DNA from: Eledone cirrhosa
Taxonomy: Eukaryota
Assembly (NCBI GenBank): GCA_964016885.1
Contig: OZ024742.1
Location: forward strand, 323,454,001 to 323,518,000
DNA length: 64,000 nucleotides
Reading direction: 5' to 3'
The stretch's first letter is position 1, and the number at the start of each line of letters is the position of its first letter. Position numbers and translations under genes: made by a program. Below, piece by piece: positions 1 to 24,000 of the stretch. Under the pieces are notes generated by a model. It made no database searches. It was given only the letters and a program-made list of their open reading frames with translations, and was not told the DNA's origin.

Positions 1-195
<195 letters not shown>

Positions 196-231
196 TAGAA
201 ATTTCTGAAGACGGCATATATATGAGTTGGT

Positions 232-298
232 ATACTCTTTTACTCTTTTACCTGTTTCAGCCATCCGGCTGAGCCCATGCTGGGGCACCGCCCTTGAA
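232..298 (-). mobile_element. SINE 3' tail fragment
   Basis: Minus strand reads ttcaagggcggtgccccagcatggg...gaaacaggtaaaagagtaaaagagta, ending in a short tandem tail; resembles octopus SINE tails as recalled. Confidence 0.5.
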
Positions 299-467
299 TG
301 TATGTATATTTAATTTTGATAGTTTGTATAATTTTGTATAATTTTGTACATAGATCTGTTAAATATACATGCCAATTCTAACACATATATATCCCAGAAA
401 CGATCGTTAAATAATGAACTTTTTTTGTTTAATATAAGGAACTGTTTCATTGTTTTATTCATTATTT

Positions 468-478
<11 letters not shown>

Positions 479-499
<21 letters not shown>

Positions 500-501
500 G
501 G

Positions 502-593
<92 letters not shown>

Positions 594-655
594 ATGTATA
601 TATATATATGGATGTATATATATATATGTATGTATATATATATATATATGTATGT

Positions 656-696
<41 letters not shown>

Positions 697-716
697 TGTA
701 TGTATGTATATATATG

Positions 717-748
<32 letters not shown>

Positions 749-754
749 TGTATG
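479..754. repeat. (TA)n/(TATG)n microsatellite
   Basis: Directly visible. Confidence 0.98.
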
Positions 755-1153
755 ACCCCTTAGCCTTTGTCAAGGCAGAATTCTAGGAGAAGGAAAACTC
801 TGATATAACACCTGCAACCCTGATGGTATCCAATGATGTTGACTTATTCTTCTTTTTGGTAAATATCATCTTTGGTTAAGAGAGTGGGACTGGCTTTGTG
901 CAGTGCCTTTGCTCACTATAAAAGCTTCACGGCACAGGCATTGCTTTATATCTGGAGATCTCTCTACACTTGTCGTCACATGGTACCAAGGGCCCAACAC
1001 TATGTGTCAATAATTGTCACAGGTGTAGTGTTTGTACCAGAGTTTTCAAGTCACTGGCTGGACTAAAAGTCACACTTGTTTAGCGCATCGGTAGGGGTTC
1101 TCCTACATGGATATAAAGTAGTGGCCGTACTCGAAAACGAGTTGGCAGCCACC

Positions 1154-1176
1154 ATATATGTATATATATATGTATG

Positions 1177-1223
<47 letters not shown>

Positions 1224-1456
1224 ATATATATGTATGTATATATATATATGTATGTATATATATATATGTATGTATATATATATGTATGTATATATATATA
1301 TGTATGTATATATATATATGTATGTATATATATATATGTATGTATATATATATATGTATATATATATATGTATATATATATATGTATATATATATATGTA
1401 TATATATATATGTATGTATATATATATATGTATGTATATATATATATATATGTATG

Positions 1457-1533
<77 letters not shown>

Positions 1534-1562
1534 GTATATATATATATATATGTATATATATG

Positions 1563-1611
<49 letters not shown>

Positions 1612-1640
1612 GTATATATATGTATATATATATATGTATG

Positions 1641-1671
<31 letters not shown>

Positions 1672-1706
1672 GTATATATATGTATATGTATATATGTATA
1701 TATATG

Positions 1707-1795
<89 letters not shown>

Positions 1796-1824
1796 GTATA
1801 TATATGTATATATATATATGTATG

Positions 1825-1855
<31 letters not shown>

Positions 1856-1874
1856 GTATATATATATATGTATG

Positions 1875-1905
<31 letters not shown>

Positions 1906-2046
1906 GTATATATATATATGTATGTATATATATATATATATATGTATATATATGTATATATATATATGTATGTATATATATATATATGTATATATATATG
2001 TATATATATATATGTATGTATATATATATATATGTATATATATATG

Positions 2047-2077
<31 letters not shown>

Positions 2078-2164
2078 GTATATATATATATATGTATGTA
2101 TATATATATATGTATGTATGTATATATGTATGTATGTATATATGTATGTATGTATATATGTATG

Positions 2165-2220
<56 letters not shown>
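1154..2220. repeat. ~1.07 kb (TA)n/(TATG)n microsatellite
   Basis: Directly visible. Confidence 0.98.
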
Positions 2221-2221
<1 letters not shown>

Positions 2222-2326
2222 TTAATGGTAGCTATGATTTATATATATTTTATATATATAAAACGAAGGAACCAGGTGGACCATAACGCACCAGAGTACT
2301 CGATAGTTAGGGTAGTAGAGTGGGTA

Positions 2327-2429
2327 ATAGGAAAAGAGTCAGGACCCGACGGCTGAGCTCCGGATGTTTGGACAGCTAAATATAGCTGTAGAAATGTTCG
2401 GAGCTCAGCTGTCGGGTCCTGACTCTTTT

Positions 2430-2434
<5 letters not shown>
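2327..2434. repeat. Near-perfect 108-nt inverted repeat between (TA)n tracts
   Basis: ataggaaaagagtcaggacccgacggctgagctccg pairs with cggagctcagctgtcgggtcctgactcttttcctat; inner hairpin acagcta/tagctgt. Confidence 0.9.
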
Positions 2435-2480
<46 letters not shown>

Positions 2481-2596
2481 AGAGAGATATAAACATATAT
2501 TCTTTCTTACAATGTTCATATTTCATTCATATTTCACATGCATTATGTACGTAATATGTTGTAATTAATTTGTATCTATTATATTTTTTGTTTTAA

Positions 2597-11172
<8,576 letters not shown>

Positions 11173-12672
11173 TTTTGTATTCAAAGAAATTTAGTATTGG
11201 GTAAAATTTAAAACGAATAAACGTAAAAAAAAAAAAAAAAAAAAACCTAGTGCTGTAATATATTATTGCTTATTTTATATTTATTAGACGTGATGCAGAG
11301 AGCAATACCTCTAATATATCACAATATTCCTTAGAAAAAAAAAAAAAAAATTTGAAACTAATTCTCTAAATAAATCTATTTTTCAAACTACATTTGTGTA
11401 AAGAAAAAAAAAAAAAAAAAAAAAAAAAACAATGAGCCATTTTAAATGCAATATTAATATTTATTGAAGCATCATTGCCTATATAGTTAAATGCTGGAGC
11501 TTACTATTTTCATTTTATATAGATCAAATCCCTCCGGGCTTGATAAAACACCAGTCATATACTGGGTTGATTCAATCGACATGGCCATGTGCTTATTTAA
11601 AATTCTTAAATACACACGCAAAATTTTATTAATCCCTCTCCCCACAACAAATTCTAATTTATCATCGTTGTTTCATCAAATGGACATAAATCTTCAAGCT
11701 TACTAAATTATTCAGTTTATAAGATCATATGGTTTCTGTTAATTTTATTTTCATATTGTCTAATGTAAATTATTTATCCAAGTGTATTTTGTGTGTGTCA
11801 ACTCCAGTCCATGAAAGGATTGTGTCTACATAAATATTATGAAAAATTCTTTGTTATATGTATAAAAGTTAATAAATCAAATACAACATCTTTGTTTTTT
11901 TTTTCCTTCCTCATAATGCAACGAATCCAAACTTTGGTTAATGAAAGAAAGGAAAGGATACAGTAACAAAAACAGTTGCTCCAATATGCTCACACTAAAA
12001 AAAAGATTTAAATAATTCTAATTCAAAAATACTTCAACTACCATTTTTTTTTCTCTTTGATACATATGAAGAAAATGAAAACAATCACGAGTCCAAACCC
12101 AAAATATGGAATATACAATTTGTAGACTCATTGAATTGATGAAAGAAGCTGGCTTGAAAATAGTTTGAGCACAAAATGCTAAGTAGTTTTGCATGTATGT
12201 ATAGACTCAAAAGGGTGCCATAGTGACATTTGGGCATGTAAAACCTGGCAGAGTGCATCCTCTCCATGTCTAAACACAGCTGATTTCTTTCAAAAGAGAG
12301 TGTGTACAATAGAGAGGAAGTAAGAAAGATATAGAGGAAGAACTGATCTCAGTACTTCACTTAACCTCAAAATTAATGAAAGGCAATGTTGACCTCAGCA
12401 GGTTAGAGAACCAGAACAAATACCACAAAGTATTCTAACAACTCTGCTTATTTGCTTCCTCAAAATAGTTTTATATTTTATCTAATTTATAAAAGAAACA
12501 AGGATGCACAACATTCATGCTCTTAAGAGACTTAAAATGAATTGGATTCATAAATTGCCATGCTGTTTTGAAAAACAATGATAACATAAAATGTTGAAAA
12601 TGACAAACAAATGTTTAAAATTTTTAATAACAATAGTCATCAATTATCACCATCATCTAAATATTAGTGATA

Positions 12673-12802
12673 TTACTGTCCACCGGATTTTAGTTTGGGA
12701 AGATATTTTACTTTCATACTTTTGTTATCCTTACTTAATTTCTTTAATTCTGTACAATACTTCTTAGCTGTCTTGATATCTTGAAATTTCACAACTATAT
12801 AT
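12673..12802 (-). CDS. RRM-like gene last exon (14)
   Basis: ttccag|..YIVVKFQDIKTAKKYCTELKKLSKDNKSMKVKYLPKLKSGGQ*. Confidence 0.8.
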
Positions 12803-15800
12803 CTGGAAATGTAAAACAACAAATTATTCATTTCATTGAACCAGGTATATGCTTAATTTTTAGAAGCAAAAACATGTAGCCTACTAAATATGGAATTGAT
12901 AGAGAAATGAAAGGAGAAATCGATTATAATTTTTCAGATTATGTAAATAGCAAATGATTAATAAACAATAAGTTTAATCATTAGATAACTCATTCCTGAA
13001 TTTATATACATAGTTTAGTTCCCAGTTTGATACTAAATTCTTATCCACAAGCCTACTGATGCATGATTAAATGTGGAGTAGATGTAAATATTTTTTTTAA
13101 AAATCTTTGAACTTCAAAGACAAATATAATAGCAAAATTACATAAATTTCATAAAATATAATAAAACTCAATTTAGACATTTAATAGGAAGGAGGAAATT
13201 AATTACAATCAATTTCTTCAGTTGTGATTTAACCCTTTAGCATTTACATAACTCTATATATATACTATTGTATTTTCGAGGTAAAGGCTTTATTTAACAT
13301 TATTATCTCACATAATATTTAATCTACGAGATTGATATTTATTTTGAGAATAATACCTTAACATAAGTACGAGTAACTGGTTATAGCTAGTTTAAACAGA
13401 AAGAGGTGAGAGAGTTCTGGCTGGATACAGCTGGTCTAAATGCTAAAGGGTTAACCTATTAAGTCAAAGGAACTCCGGTGAAGATTTATCTTCATGTGGT
13501 GTACTTATAGTAAGCTAACTCAAGAAAGATTAATGAAACACCCATAAATTTTACAGTGCTGCCACCAATTATAACAGTATATAATTACTACCTTTTCTGA
13601 CAATGGATACTAGTGCTGCTAAAAGAATGTGAACTGCTGATCTACATAGGTGTCTAGTACAGATTCCCTATATTTCAACTTAGTGAATGAAGTATCTCCA
13701 TGTATTTCTACAACCTGCTAGAAATTGTGATTTGAGGCAGATTTGGCTATCTTATAAAAAAAAGAAACAGATAATCCAGCTTCACATAATATCAAATCTA
13801 TGAGATTTTGATATTTATTTTGAGAACAATACCTTGACATCAGTATGAGTGGCAGGTTACGGCCAATTTGAACAGAAAGAAGCGAGAGAATTCTGGCTGG
13901 ATACAGCCAGTTTAAATGCTAAAGGGTTAATGATAGAGATCCCAGCCCTATCATAAGAAGCTTCATGAAATGAAACGTTTCAGGAAAATAATGAACTTTC
14001 CAGTCCAGGAATCTACAAGATTTAACTTAAGTGTACACTTTCAGGGTTGAGACCCCTCTCCAATAAAAGATGGAGTTCAGTACAGCACAACTCTTAATGG
14101 CAGGCAATTTTGTACTCTTCGCTTTTCCTTACTTAACCATAAATCTCGTCTTTTCTATTTAGTCCTTTCCTTCTCATATTTCTATAGAAACACTGCCTGT
14201 TATTTTCAAAAATTTTTGAAATTAATCAAGAATTAGCCGAGATTTAGTAAAATAATGAACTTTATTACATGTGTTTGGAACATAAACATTCTTATATATA
14301 ATTATGATGTAAAGTTCCTTTATAAATAGAAACATTTTACAGTAAGCAGCTTAGTATTGTAGAACCAGGGGTGGTTTGATATCAAAAGGGTTAACTCATA
14401 ATAACCAGAACCTTTGAATACTGATTGAAAATAGATGTGAAGATCAACTTAAAAAAAAAAATTAAAAATAAGAAAACACTTACGTGTCTGTCTTCAAAAT
14501 AACCAAACCATCAAAGAGACTTGATAGCTCAGAAACAGTAAATTCTTTAAAGTCTCCCTCTACATACAACGTTCGAGAACATTTTTTTTTCTGATCTGTT
14601 AAAGAAAATATAGAAATTTGATTAAATTACTTATATCTAATTCAATAAAAAGAAAAATAGTATTAAAGAATTAAACAGAATGTTTTCATACTATCTATCA
14701 GAAAGTATATTTACTTGATTTTGAAATGTCCACATTCTCAGGAAATTCTGGTTTCACACAGCTTTCATCAACTTTAGGTGTTTGTGGATCTTCATCAGAC
14801 AATAGTACAGCTTCTTTAATATCTGATGTGCTATTGTCAAGAATATTAAATAGGAATATAAGCAAATTAGAGAGCGTTACAACTACAGTTCAACATGTTA
14901 GACATGCCACTAGAATATATCAACAGAAAGAAATATTATTGACCATGTCAAATGTAGAATAAAACAGCGATACCTCATGATAAACATGTACAAAAAAAAA
15001 AAAGCACAAATGAGTCTAGGTGTCATTCATCTATCTCTTCCTATGGGATCACCCCTTCCCTCACTCAGCAAGTGTTATAAAGTTGCAGATCTGGTGCCAT
15101 ATTAACTCATTTTTCCTTTGTGGTCATATATGCTTACTTACCTTAGTATTTGATACCTCCTTTTGGTGATACCTCACACTATGCCCCTAAGCCAAATACT
15201 GAGTTTTTTAACATGACCATACCAAAATTGCTTTATGTTTATAAATTATTAAGATAAAAAGCACGAGATTTTCAGTGATGATTCCAAACAGAATTTTCCA
15301 AAGGATATTGCCAAAAATTTCATATTTATACAGATTATTTTCTTATTGTGCTGCAAGCATAGATCCATTCTTTAAGAGTTCCTGAAAGAGTTTGACAGAG
15401 GAGAAAAAAGTATCACAATACCTGTGATGATTTTTTTCCATGTCTTTTGTGAGGTTCTTCACAACTCTTTGTTTGATTTGGGACTTTCCCCGTTATAAAC
15501 TTGGAAGTCATTTACATAGTCGTTGTGTGGATCAGCCTGCATCAACACTTTTATACCATGCTTTGTAGAATTCAGAGGAAGATATTTGAAGCCAAGTCAT
15601 CCAGTGAAAGCAGCTATGCCTTCATCAATTGATGTTTCAGTGTGGACTGTAATGTGACTTCAATTTCCCACATATTCTTTCAATAAATGGACGAACAGTT
15701 TTTAGAATAGATACATTCTATCCTGTGTGTCGTGGGGGTCTATAGTTTCCATCTACCAAATTCCCCATAAAAGGCTATGGTTAAAGATCCTTCCCATGTT

Positions 15801-18800
15801 GTGCAGTGGGATTGGGTGCAAAACTACATGGTTGTGAAGCAACCTTAATTTCAATAGTGGACAATAAGTTTCAAACTGATATTTAATTCAAAACTAAAAT
15901 GCTTACCTTTTACAATTTATATCTCCTGAAACAAACAGAAAATAATCTTGGATTAAATAATTCAGAACTGAAGAAATTAATACATAAATAAATTCACTGT
16001 TCACATCAAACAACACCCAACACATACACACAAACATAAAAGCATGAAATGCAGCAAGCCTCCACTTATATGGTATCTATCTATCTATCTATCTATGTTG
16101 ATTTTAGCATTAGAAAAGGTATCCAGTCATAGAAGCCATGTTAAAATGGAACATATCTGAGCAAGATGCAATTTTCCAACCCATCAAGGACGATAGCAGC
16201 TCTGATTAACTAGACTTGAGCTATAATGACCGGTCCAACACATAACATAAAATGATGATCTCTAAACTCATGTTAGAGTGGAAGATAGACATTAAACGAT
16301 GAGGTTTGTAATAGACTTCATTCTTATACACTTTTCTGCATTTCTACTCTATTTCTAAACTATTAGAATAATAAGTAACTATATATATATGTAGCATGTA
16401 CAGGTAATAAAAGTGCGTATGCATTTTTTTTTTTTAGGACACGTGCGTGCGTGTGTGTGGTCACTGCAAAATGCCATATTGACACCTTTTTCTAAAAAAC
16501 CAGTTATAACACTATGTAGAATAAATAACTATATATATGTAGTCTGTACAGGTAATAAAAGTGTGTATGGGTTTTTTTAGGACACCCTGTGTGTGTATAT
16601 ATATGCACACACACACACATATATGGCTGTAGTCACTGCAAAATGCCATATTGACACCTTTTTCTAAAAAAGCCAGTTATAACATTATGTACAAAAATAA
16701 TACCCCCAGCAGCATTGTGGATTGGTGGACATTTAGTGATATACACCTTACTTAAAAAAGTATGGGTTGGCATCAGAAAACCTGCCATAAAGTTCTACCA
16801 ACCAGGCAAACAAGGAAAAAGTGAATGCTGAAATGCTGATGAACAATTAAGTACATTATAATTGGTTTGAGTAAAAAATATCAAATAATCAGAGTATTAC
16901 CTGTGCTTACAATATCAGCCATCTTGTCATGTGTAGGAGCTATAAAATAGAAAAGGAAATGGTTTCTTTTGAATAGAGGATAAGACCAATTTTTGTAAAG
17001 GAAGAGATCTAGGCAAATTGACTAAATGATCCCAATAGATCAGTATTCCAATGAACAGAGTTGCTAGATAACACCACACACACCCACATTCAAACACAAA
17101 GAAACTCTGGCATCAACCCTTGATTCACTAACTACTTTCACTTTCTCAGGCATAGAATCCATGTGTGAAGTAAAGGTTTACCAGTACTACTTTTATTTAA
17201 GTCAAAGCAATACTAGGTTGTCTATACAAGAAGAATAAACATTGTCCTAGATACACTATGATTGAATAAAAGATGGGATGGTTACAGCTAAAACATTTTA
17301 ATCATAAGCTTGCCTATCAGATTTAACATGGAGCTAAATACCAAGTCAGAGAAACAGAACTAAATACAAAATATTTATGGTGCTTTACAATTTAAAGTTG
17401 ATAAGTTGTGTTCATGATATTACATTTAGTAGTTTAACCCTTTAGCATTTAAACCAGCCATATCCAGCCAGAATTCTCTCACCTCTTTCTGTTCAAACTG
17501 GCTGCAATCAGCCACTCATACTGATGTTAAGGTATTGTTCTCAAAATATATAATATCAAAATCTCATAAAAAATGCCAGTTTGCTTTTTTTAAATGTCGA
17601 TATGAAGACTTTCACAGTGACGGGCACAAATATATTATTACATACATATATACGCACACACATATATCTATATATAATGAGCTTCCTAACAGTTTCCATC
17701 TACCCAATCTCCATTGACATAGGATTGGCCAGCCCTAGGCCATAGTAGAAGACACTTGCCCAAGGTACCATACATTGGGGCCCAAACAAACTGTTTGGTC
17801 TCAAAGCAAACTAATTAACCCCATAAACAAGCCAGCATCCAGAACAAAATTCTCAAGTTCAATAGCAATAAAATGAAATAGGCAATAAATATTAAAATTC
17901 TTTCTTACATTGATTTCTCTGATTTATATGATTATCAGCACCCAATGAATTTATGCAAATTGCATTGCCTAAATATTTTTCAGATAACAAAGACACTGCA
18001 ATCCCAATTTTGGACCAATCTTCGAGTTGGACAATAGTACCACCACTGAAAAGGAAAAAAATTACTTCAGCTTTGTATATTTGGTAATCTACTGCTACCA
18101 ACATAATAATTCTTAACATCTTGTAATGATTTAGCAGTAAATATCTAAAAATGAGATTGTTAATTCAAATATTTATTTTATCTTTGCTAGTAGACAAATT
18201 GTGAAAGGAACTCCTATACGCAGATGATCTAACGCTCATGGCTGAATCAATGGCTGAACTAGAGAAGAAATTCAAAACATGGAAGCATGGCCTAGAATCA
18301 AAAGGCCTTAAAATTAACCTGTCTAAGACTGAAGTTCTAGTTTGTAGGAAGGCAAATAGGGCACTGGTTCCATCTGGGAAATGGCCATGCTCAGTGTGTA
18401 GGAAAGGAGTAGGCAGAAACTCCATTTTATGTCCCAAATGCAAAGTATGGGTGCATAAAAGAAGTAGTGGGATCACAGGTAAGCTAACTAAGAATATAGA
18501 TTTTATATGTGGCCGGTGTTCAGGTGCAATAAGTAGCAGCAAGTGCCCACAGAATACTAGCTCATTCCATTGCACAGATGGTTCTATAGAAATAGTGGAC
18601 ACCTTCCGTTACCCGGGTGACAAAATCAGCAGTGGTGAAGGGTGCTCTGAAAGTACAGTAGCTAAAGTCAGAACGGGATGGAAAAAGTTCAGAGAGCTTA
18701 TACCACTATTGGCCGCTAAAGGGTTCTCTCTAAAAATGAAAGGCAGGCTGTATGATGCCTGCATACGAACAGCAATGTTTAAATGGCAGTGAGACTTGGG

Positions 18801-21014
18801 CATTGTGTGCAGAGGATATATGCAAACTGGAGAGGAACGAAGCTTGCATGCTCCGTTGTATGTGCAATAGTAATATACATGAACTGCAAAGTATAAATGA
18901 ACTAAGGGAGAAATTAGGAATAAGAGGGATCAGATGTTGTTTACTCGAGAGAAGACTATGATGGTATAGTCACGTGATGTGCATGAAAGACGACAGCTGT
19001 ATAAAAAAGTGCAGGGCGATAAAAATAGACGGTAGCCACGGAAAAACCTGGGACGACTTGATAAATTCCGACCTCACACACTTACACCTCTCCAAGACAA
19101 TGTCACTGGATCGAGATCTTTGGCGCTACACAGTAATACAGAAGACCCGCCTTGCCTAAGTACAAAGGAAACCTACAGTCAGTAGGCACCTCTTGACAAA
19201 AATACACCCCCATCCCACTACCCCCACTCCATCCACACCACCCCTTTTGATGTAAAGTTTGTTGGTACCACAACATCCAGTCCGAAATAAATGAGGTTGT
19301 GTAGGTATCACGACAAAAAAAATACACAGTCCACGCTGTAATGTGGTCGTGTAGGTAACACGGTAAAAACCTCCCAGTCCACACTAAATGTGGTTGGTGT
19401 TAGGAAAGGCATCCAGCCGTAGAAAACCCGCCAGACAGTCCTATACGAGCAAGACAACCAATTTTGCCTCAAGTGGGAAAATTCCCGTCCAAACCTATGC
19501 AAGCGTGGAAGATGGACATTAAATGATGATGATGATGATGCAATATTAAAGACAAATTTTTAATGTGATACAGTTAGAGTGTTCTATACTTTTCAAGAAA
19601 GTCTTAATGCAATCTCATGTTATAAAGAATGTTAAGAGTTAACATACATTTTTCAAATTTAGATATTTGAATACAGTTGGGCTGGGGCCTGCATCTTGTT
19701 TATATACAGTCCTGCACTCTACCAAGTGTATTTTGTCATGACACCAAACAACTGAAATGTCCTCCCAACATTTTGTTTAGAGAGCTTTCTACAGCTGGAT
19801 GCCATTCCTACCATCTCTCAAAATGTTTTCAAAAGATGTTTAATCATCCCAATGCTAACAATTTAAGTAATAACAGCAACAGTATTTTCCAGCTCTCTGG
19901 CAAGAGCAGAAACAATAAATGTAGTTGAAAAAAAAAAAAAAAAAAAGTATTGTAAATTTGGTAATTCCACAAGATGCATTATTTTAGATATTTCCACGAA
20001 ACAGATCAGATATTTATTATATATATATAGAAGGTTCTGAAGTTAAGCTTATTTTCAAACTTACATCATTTAATGTCTGTTTTCCCTGCTAGTAAGGGTC
20101 AGATGCACCTTCACAGAACAAATTGGTAATTAAGCGTAACTACTGACCTTCCCACTACCAACCACTTAACAGCATGCCTTTCCCATCACTAACCACTTCA
20201 GTGTGTACAAGGAGAATTTATTGTGTATAGAGTTTTTTTTCTTTATTTCTTTTTTTTTTTTTTTCTAAATCTCAATTATGACTGATGATCAGAGCTTTAG
20301 CAACTGGTTAGCAGAACAGAGGAAGTTAACTCCAAATCAGAGACTTGGCATGGACACTTACAATAGAGTGGATATGGCAAGAGACATATGACCATGTGGT
20401 GTTAAACTATGTAGCAGATAAAGAATACCACTGAAAAACAGGAATGAATACTCATAGTTTCTAACAATGAACTTTTGCTCACAAGACTTTGGTTCAGCCA
20501 AGGATAGTCGAAAACACTAGCCCAAACAAAAATTAAATACACAGCCATGCCTGCACTCAATGTAGAGTGACAAATACTGCATAATTATATTAGTGAACCG
20601 TTTTTGGCACTCGAAATGTATATTTATTTCATTTTGTATATACATATTTCTGATCATTACAATAAAGTTCAGTATTTTATTTTATTTTAAATTTGTACAC
20701 ATGTATATTCACACATACAGGCAGCAAACTGGCAGGGCTGTTAGAACATCGGATAGAATGCTTTGCAATATTTGTTGCAACTCTCTGCACTTTGAGTTCC
20801 AATACTGTTATGGCTAACTTTACTTTTCATCCTTTCAAGGTTAATAAAAAAAAAAAAAAAAAGTATCAGTCCAGTACTGATATATCTATATATCTCTTTC
20901 TTACTTCCTCTATCATTCTATTTTCTTCTCTGGAAGAAATTGGCTGTGTTCAGACCTGGAGAGGGTATGGGCTCAGCCAACTTTTAAAACATGTCCAAGA
21001 CATGCTGTTACGGG

Positions 21015-21050
<36 letters not shown>

Positions 21051-24000
21051 TAAGTTTATGTAGACAAACGTACAAAATTTAAAATTACTCACGTTTTTAG
21101 TTTCTTCTGTTTCTTTAATTTTATTTTATTGCCACTGAACAAAGTTTTTATTTGGCTGGGCCCAACAGACTCTGGAAGACTCCCAATAACCAAAATACCT
21201 AAATAAAAAATATACATATTTCAATAATTAATTCAAAAAGTAAAACACTAAACTACCACAAATAAATTCCAAATTGACAAGCAACTAAATGTTTACAGGC
21301 CTGTAATAATTTTGAAAAGTTTAATAAATCACATAAAATATAACTTACCATTAGAGGTTTTCTTCTTTGTCTTGGTGTCATTGGGTGTTTCTAGTTTCCA
21401 AATAAATAAAACACAAAAATTGAAAATTTCTCCATACAAATTTACACCTTTCCGAAGATAATAATTTAACCCTTCTGATACCAAACCACCTCTGGTTCTA
21501 CAATACAAAATTATTTCTTTTTAAGTATTTATATTTATCTAAATTCTTTCCCTCATTATTGTATGCAAGAACTTTTAACCCTTTATCATTTAAACCTGCT
21601 GTATCCGGCCAGAATTATATCACCTCTGTCTGTTCAAACTGGTTGCTCATACTTATGTTAAGGTTTTGTTCTCAAAATAAATTATATCAAAATCTCAGAT
21701 TCAATATTATGTGAGATAAAGTGTTTACCATGAAAATACAATAGTAAATATAGAGTAATATAAATGCTAAAGGGTTAAATTAGGTTCCAAAAACCAAGTT
21801 AATAATGAGAAATTCAGTTATGCTACTAAATCCTCACAAATTGTTGATTATTTTCTAAATTATTTGAAAATCATCAGCAGTGCTTTATTAGAAATATCGT
21901 AACAAAAGAGTTAAAAATTAGATGCTATTATTGAAGATTTATTTCAAAACGGGCTTTCTGATGAGAGGAAATAAAGAATTCATAGTGAAGAAATGCTAAC
22001 TGGTGAGAGAGGAAACTAACTATAGCAGTGACAGACTCAAGAAAACAGAAATGAGAGCAAATCTCAAAAGCTAGATCACAAATGACACAAGATTAAGATG
22101 AAAGTCAATTTGCTGTACAGCATACTTGTTCAACCAATGCTAACACAAGGGGATATGAAAATGATTTTTTAAAACTCATTTCATACTGAATCACATGTGT
22201 GTTTTAAAGTATTTGTATTTATTTAAAAAACTTCCATCTTAATCTTAATGAGAAAGTTAATCAATTTGGAAGGATTTAATAATAAGGCTGTTTCCAAAAT
22301 TATGTGAAAATCCGTCTTTTTCAGAAATATGGTAACCAAACGGTTAATAATCATCACTATCCTCATTCCCCTATCCCATTATTTGCTTAACTTTAGTAGT
22401 TTCACTTGAATTTAATAACCATTAATAAATTGAAGTAAATGGACTATTTTGAACCATTAATTCCTTATAAAAAAAAAAAGGTCCTTAACCCTTTCGTTAC
22501 CATATTTCTAACCAAAATACACCCCTTATGTGTTTCAATTAATTTCTAACATAATCATAAATTTAGTCTGGTTTCATTAAACAACTAACTTTTTTATTTA
22601 TCAACATATGTGATTTTTGGAAGAAAATTTAACGAAAGGTTCTCAACCAATTCTATTCCATAATTTTTGTCTCAAAGTGACTAATTACAGGTAAATTCAA
22701 CAAAATATGAAATTATTTAAATTTTGTTCAAATATCGCTATAGAAAATGGGTTATTAGCTAACATTCAATTGGGCATACAACAAAATTTTACTATAGAAG
22801 AGTTGTGCACATTACTGGATTTATCAGGTGAATTTAAACACAAAAGACAGGTGTACCATAAAGGTATAAATAAAACGAAAGACTGGAATTTGTCTGAAGA
22901 AAACTAGAAAACAAAATACACACACACCATCAACTAGATTAAATAAGCTATCCTACATACATAGATATGCAGAAATATACAATAAGAAATTAATCAAAAC
23001 TCGTCATTCACCTTACAGGTAAATTAAAATTACACAAAGAAAAATAAAAACGAAGTAAATTTGAAAATATTAATAAAATAAAATCACACATATATACAAA
23101 TCAAACAATATTCCTATCATGAAAACTTGTGAAGCACCCTGCTCTACATAATGCAACTTTGCAGAATGCACATTGGAAAGTTGTTTCAACAGACCTTTGA
23201 CTAGGAGCTTTCCTTTTTTGATGAAGGCATTCACGACACTGCCTTTTGTGACCCTCGATTTTTTCTAATTTATGGAGATCGGCTGAATTCAGAGGGATAT
23301 CTCTCTGGCAGGCTTTGGTTTTTCTCCCTAGTTATTTTTTTTTAGGAATAACCAGCTCTTAATTGTGTTGCTATATCTGCTCGAAACTGCAGATGGTCGC
23401 ATCGCTTTCGAGCCGGTCCCGATTTGGTATATAGTATAAACGCATTAGTAATACTCATATTTACTATATACCAAACCAGGTAACCATTTATTCTCCGATC
23501 TGCCAACTGAATAATTAAGACATCATCTGATTCATCCGATCTACACCACCCATGTACCTATTATAATCGAGATTCACAAATGGGGTGCCATTTTCATCCA
23601 CATGTGGCCGTGCACAGGTAGACAGAAAATTGATCTGCCTCTTATCTCTGTATGCGGTCGCTAGCAAATTTCCTTTCTGCCGTTGAATTATTTCACCTTT
23701 TTTTTTTAATTTTGCTTTTTTTATATCCAACAGCAGTATTTTTCTATTAGCGATCACTGTAGCACATGTACGTGTTGCCACAGTATCTAAATTCTCCGCA
23801 AGTTTGACCGAACTGAAAAACCGGTCAAAAAATAATATACGGCCCTGGTTATGGAAGTGATAAATTCCAGACCACATCATACCCTAGGCCATGCTGACTT
23901 GCATAATTGTCTCTTGCCAGTATAAAATACAAATCCAGAGCAGTACCCAGTATTCGATTTGCAAATCTTCCAAACTTTCATCCATTTTGTGGGCTTTCCT

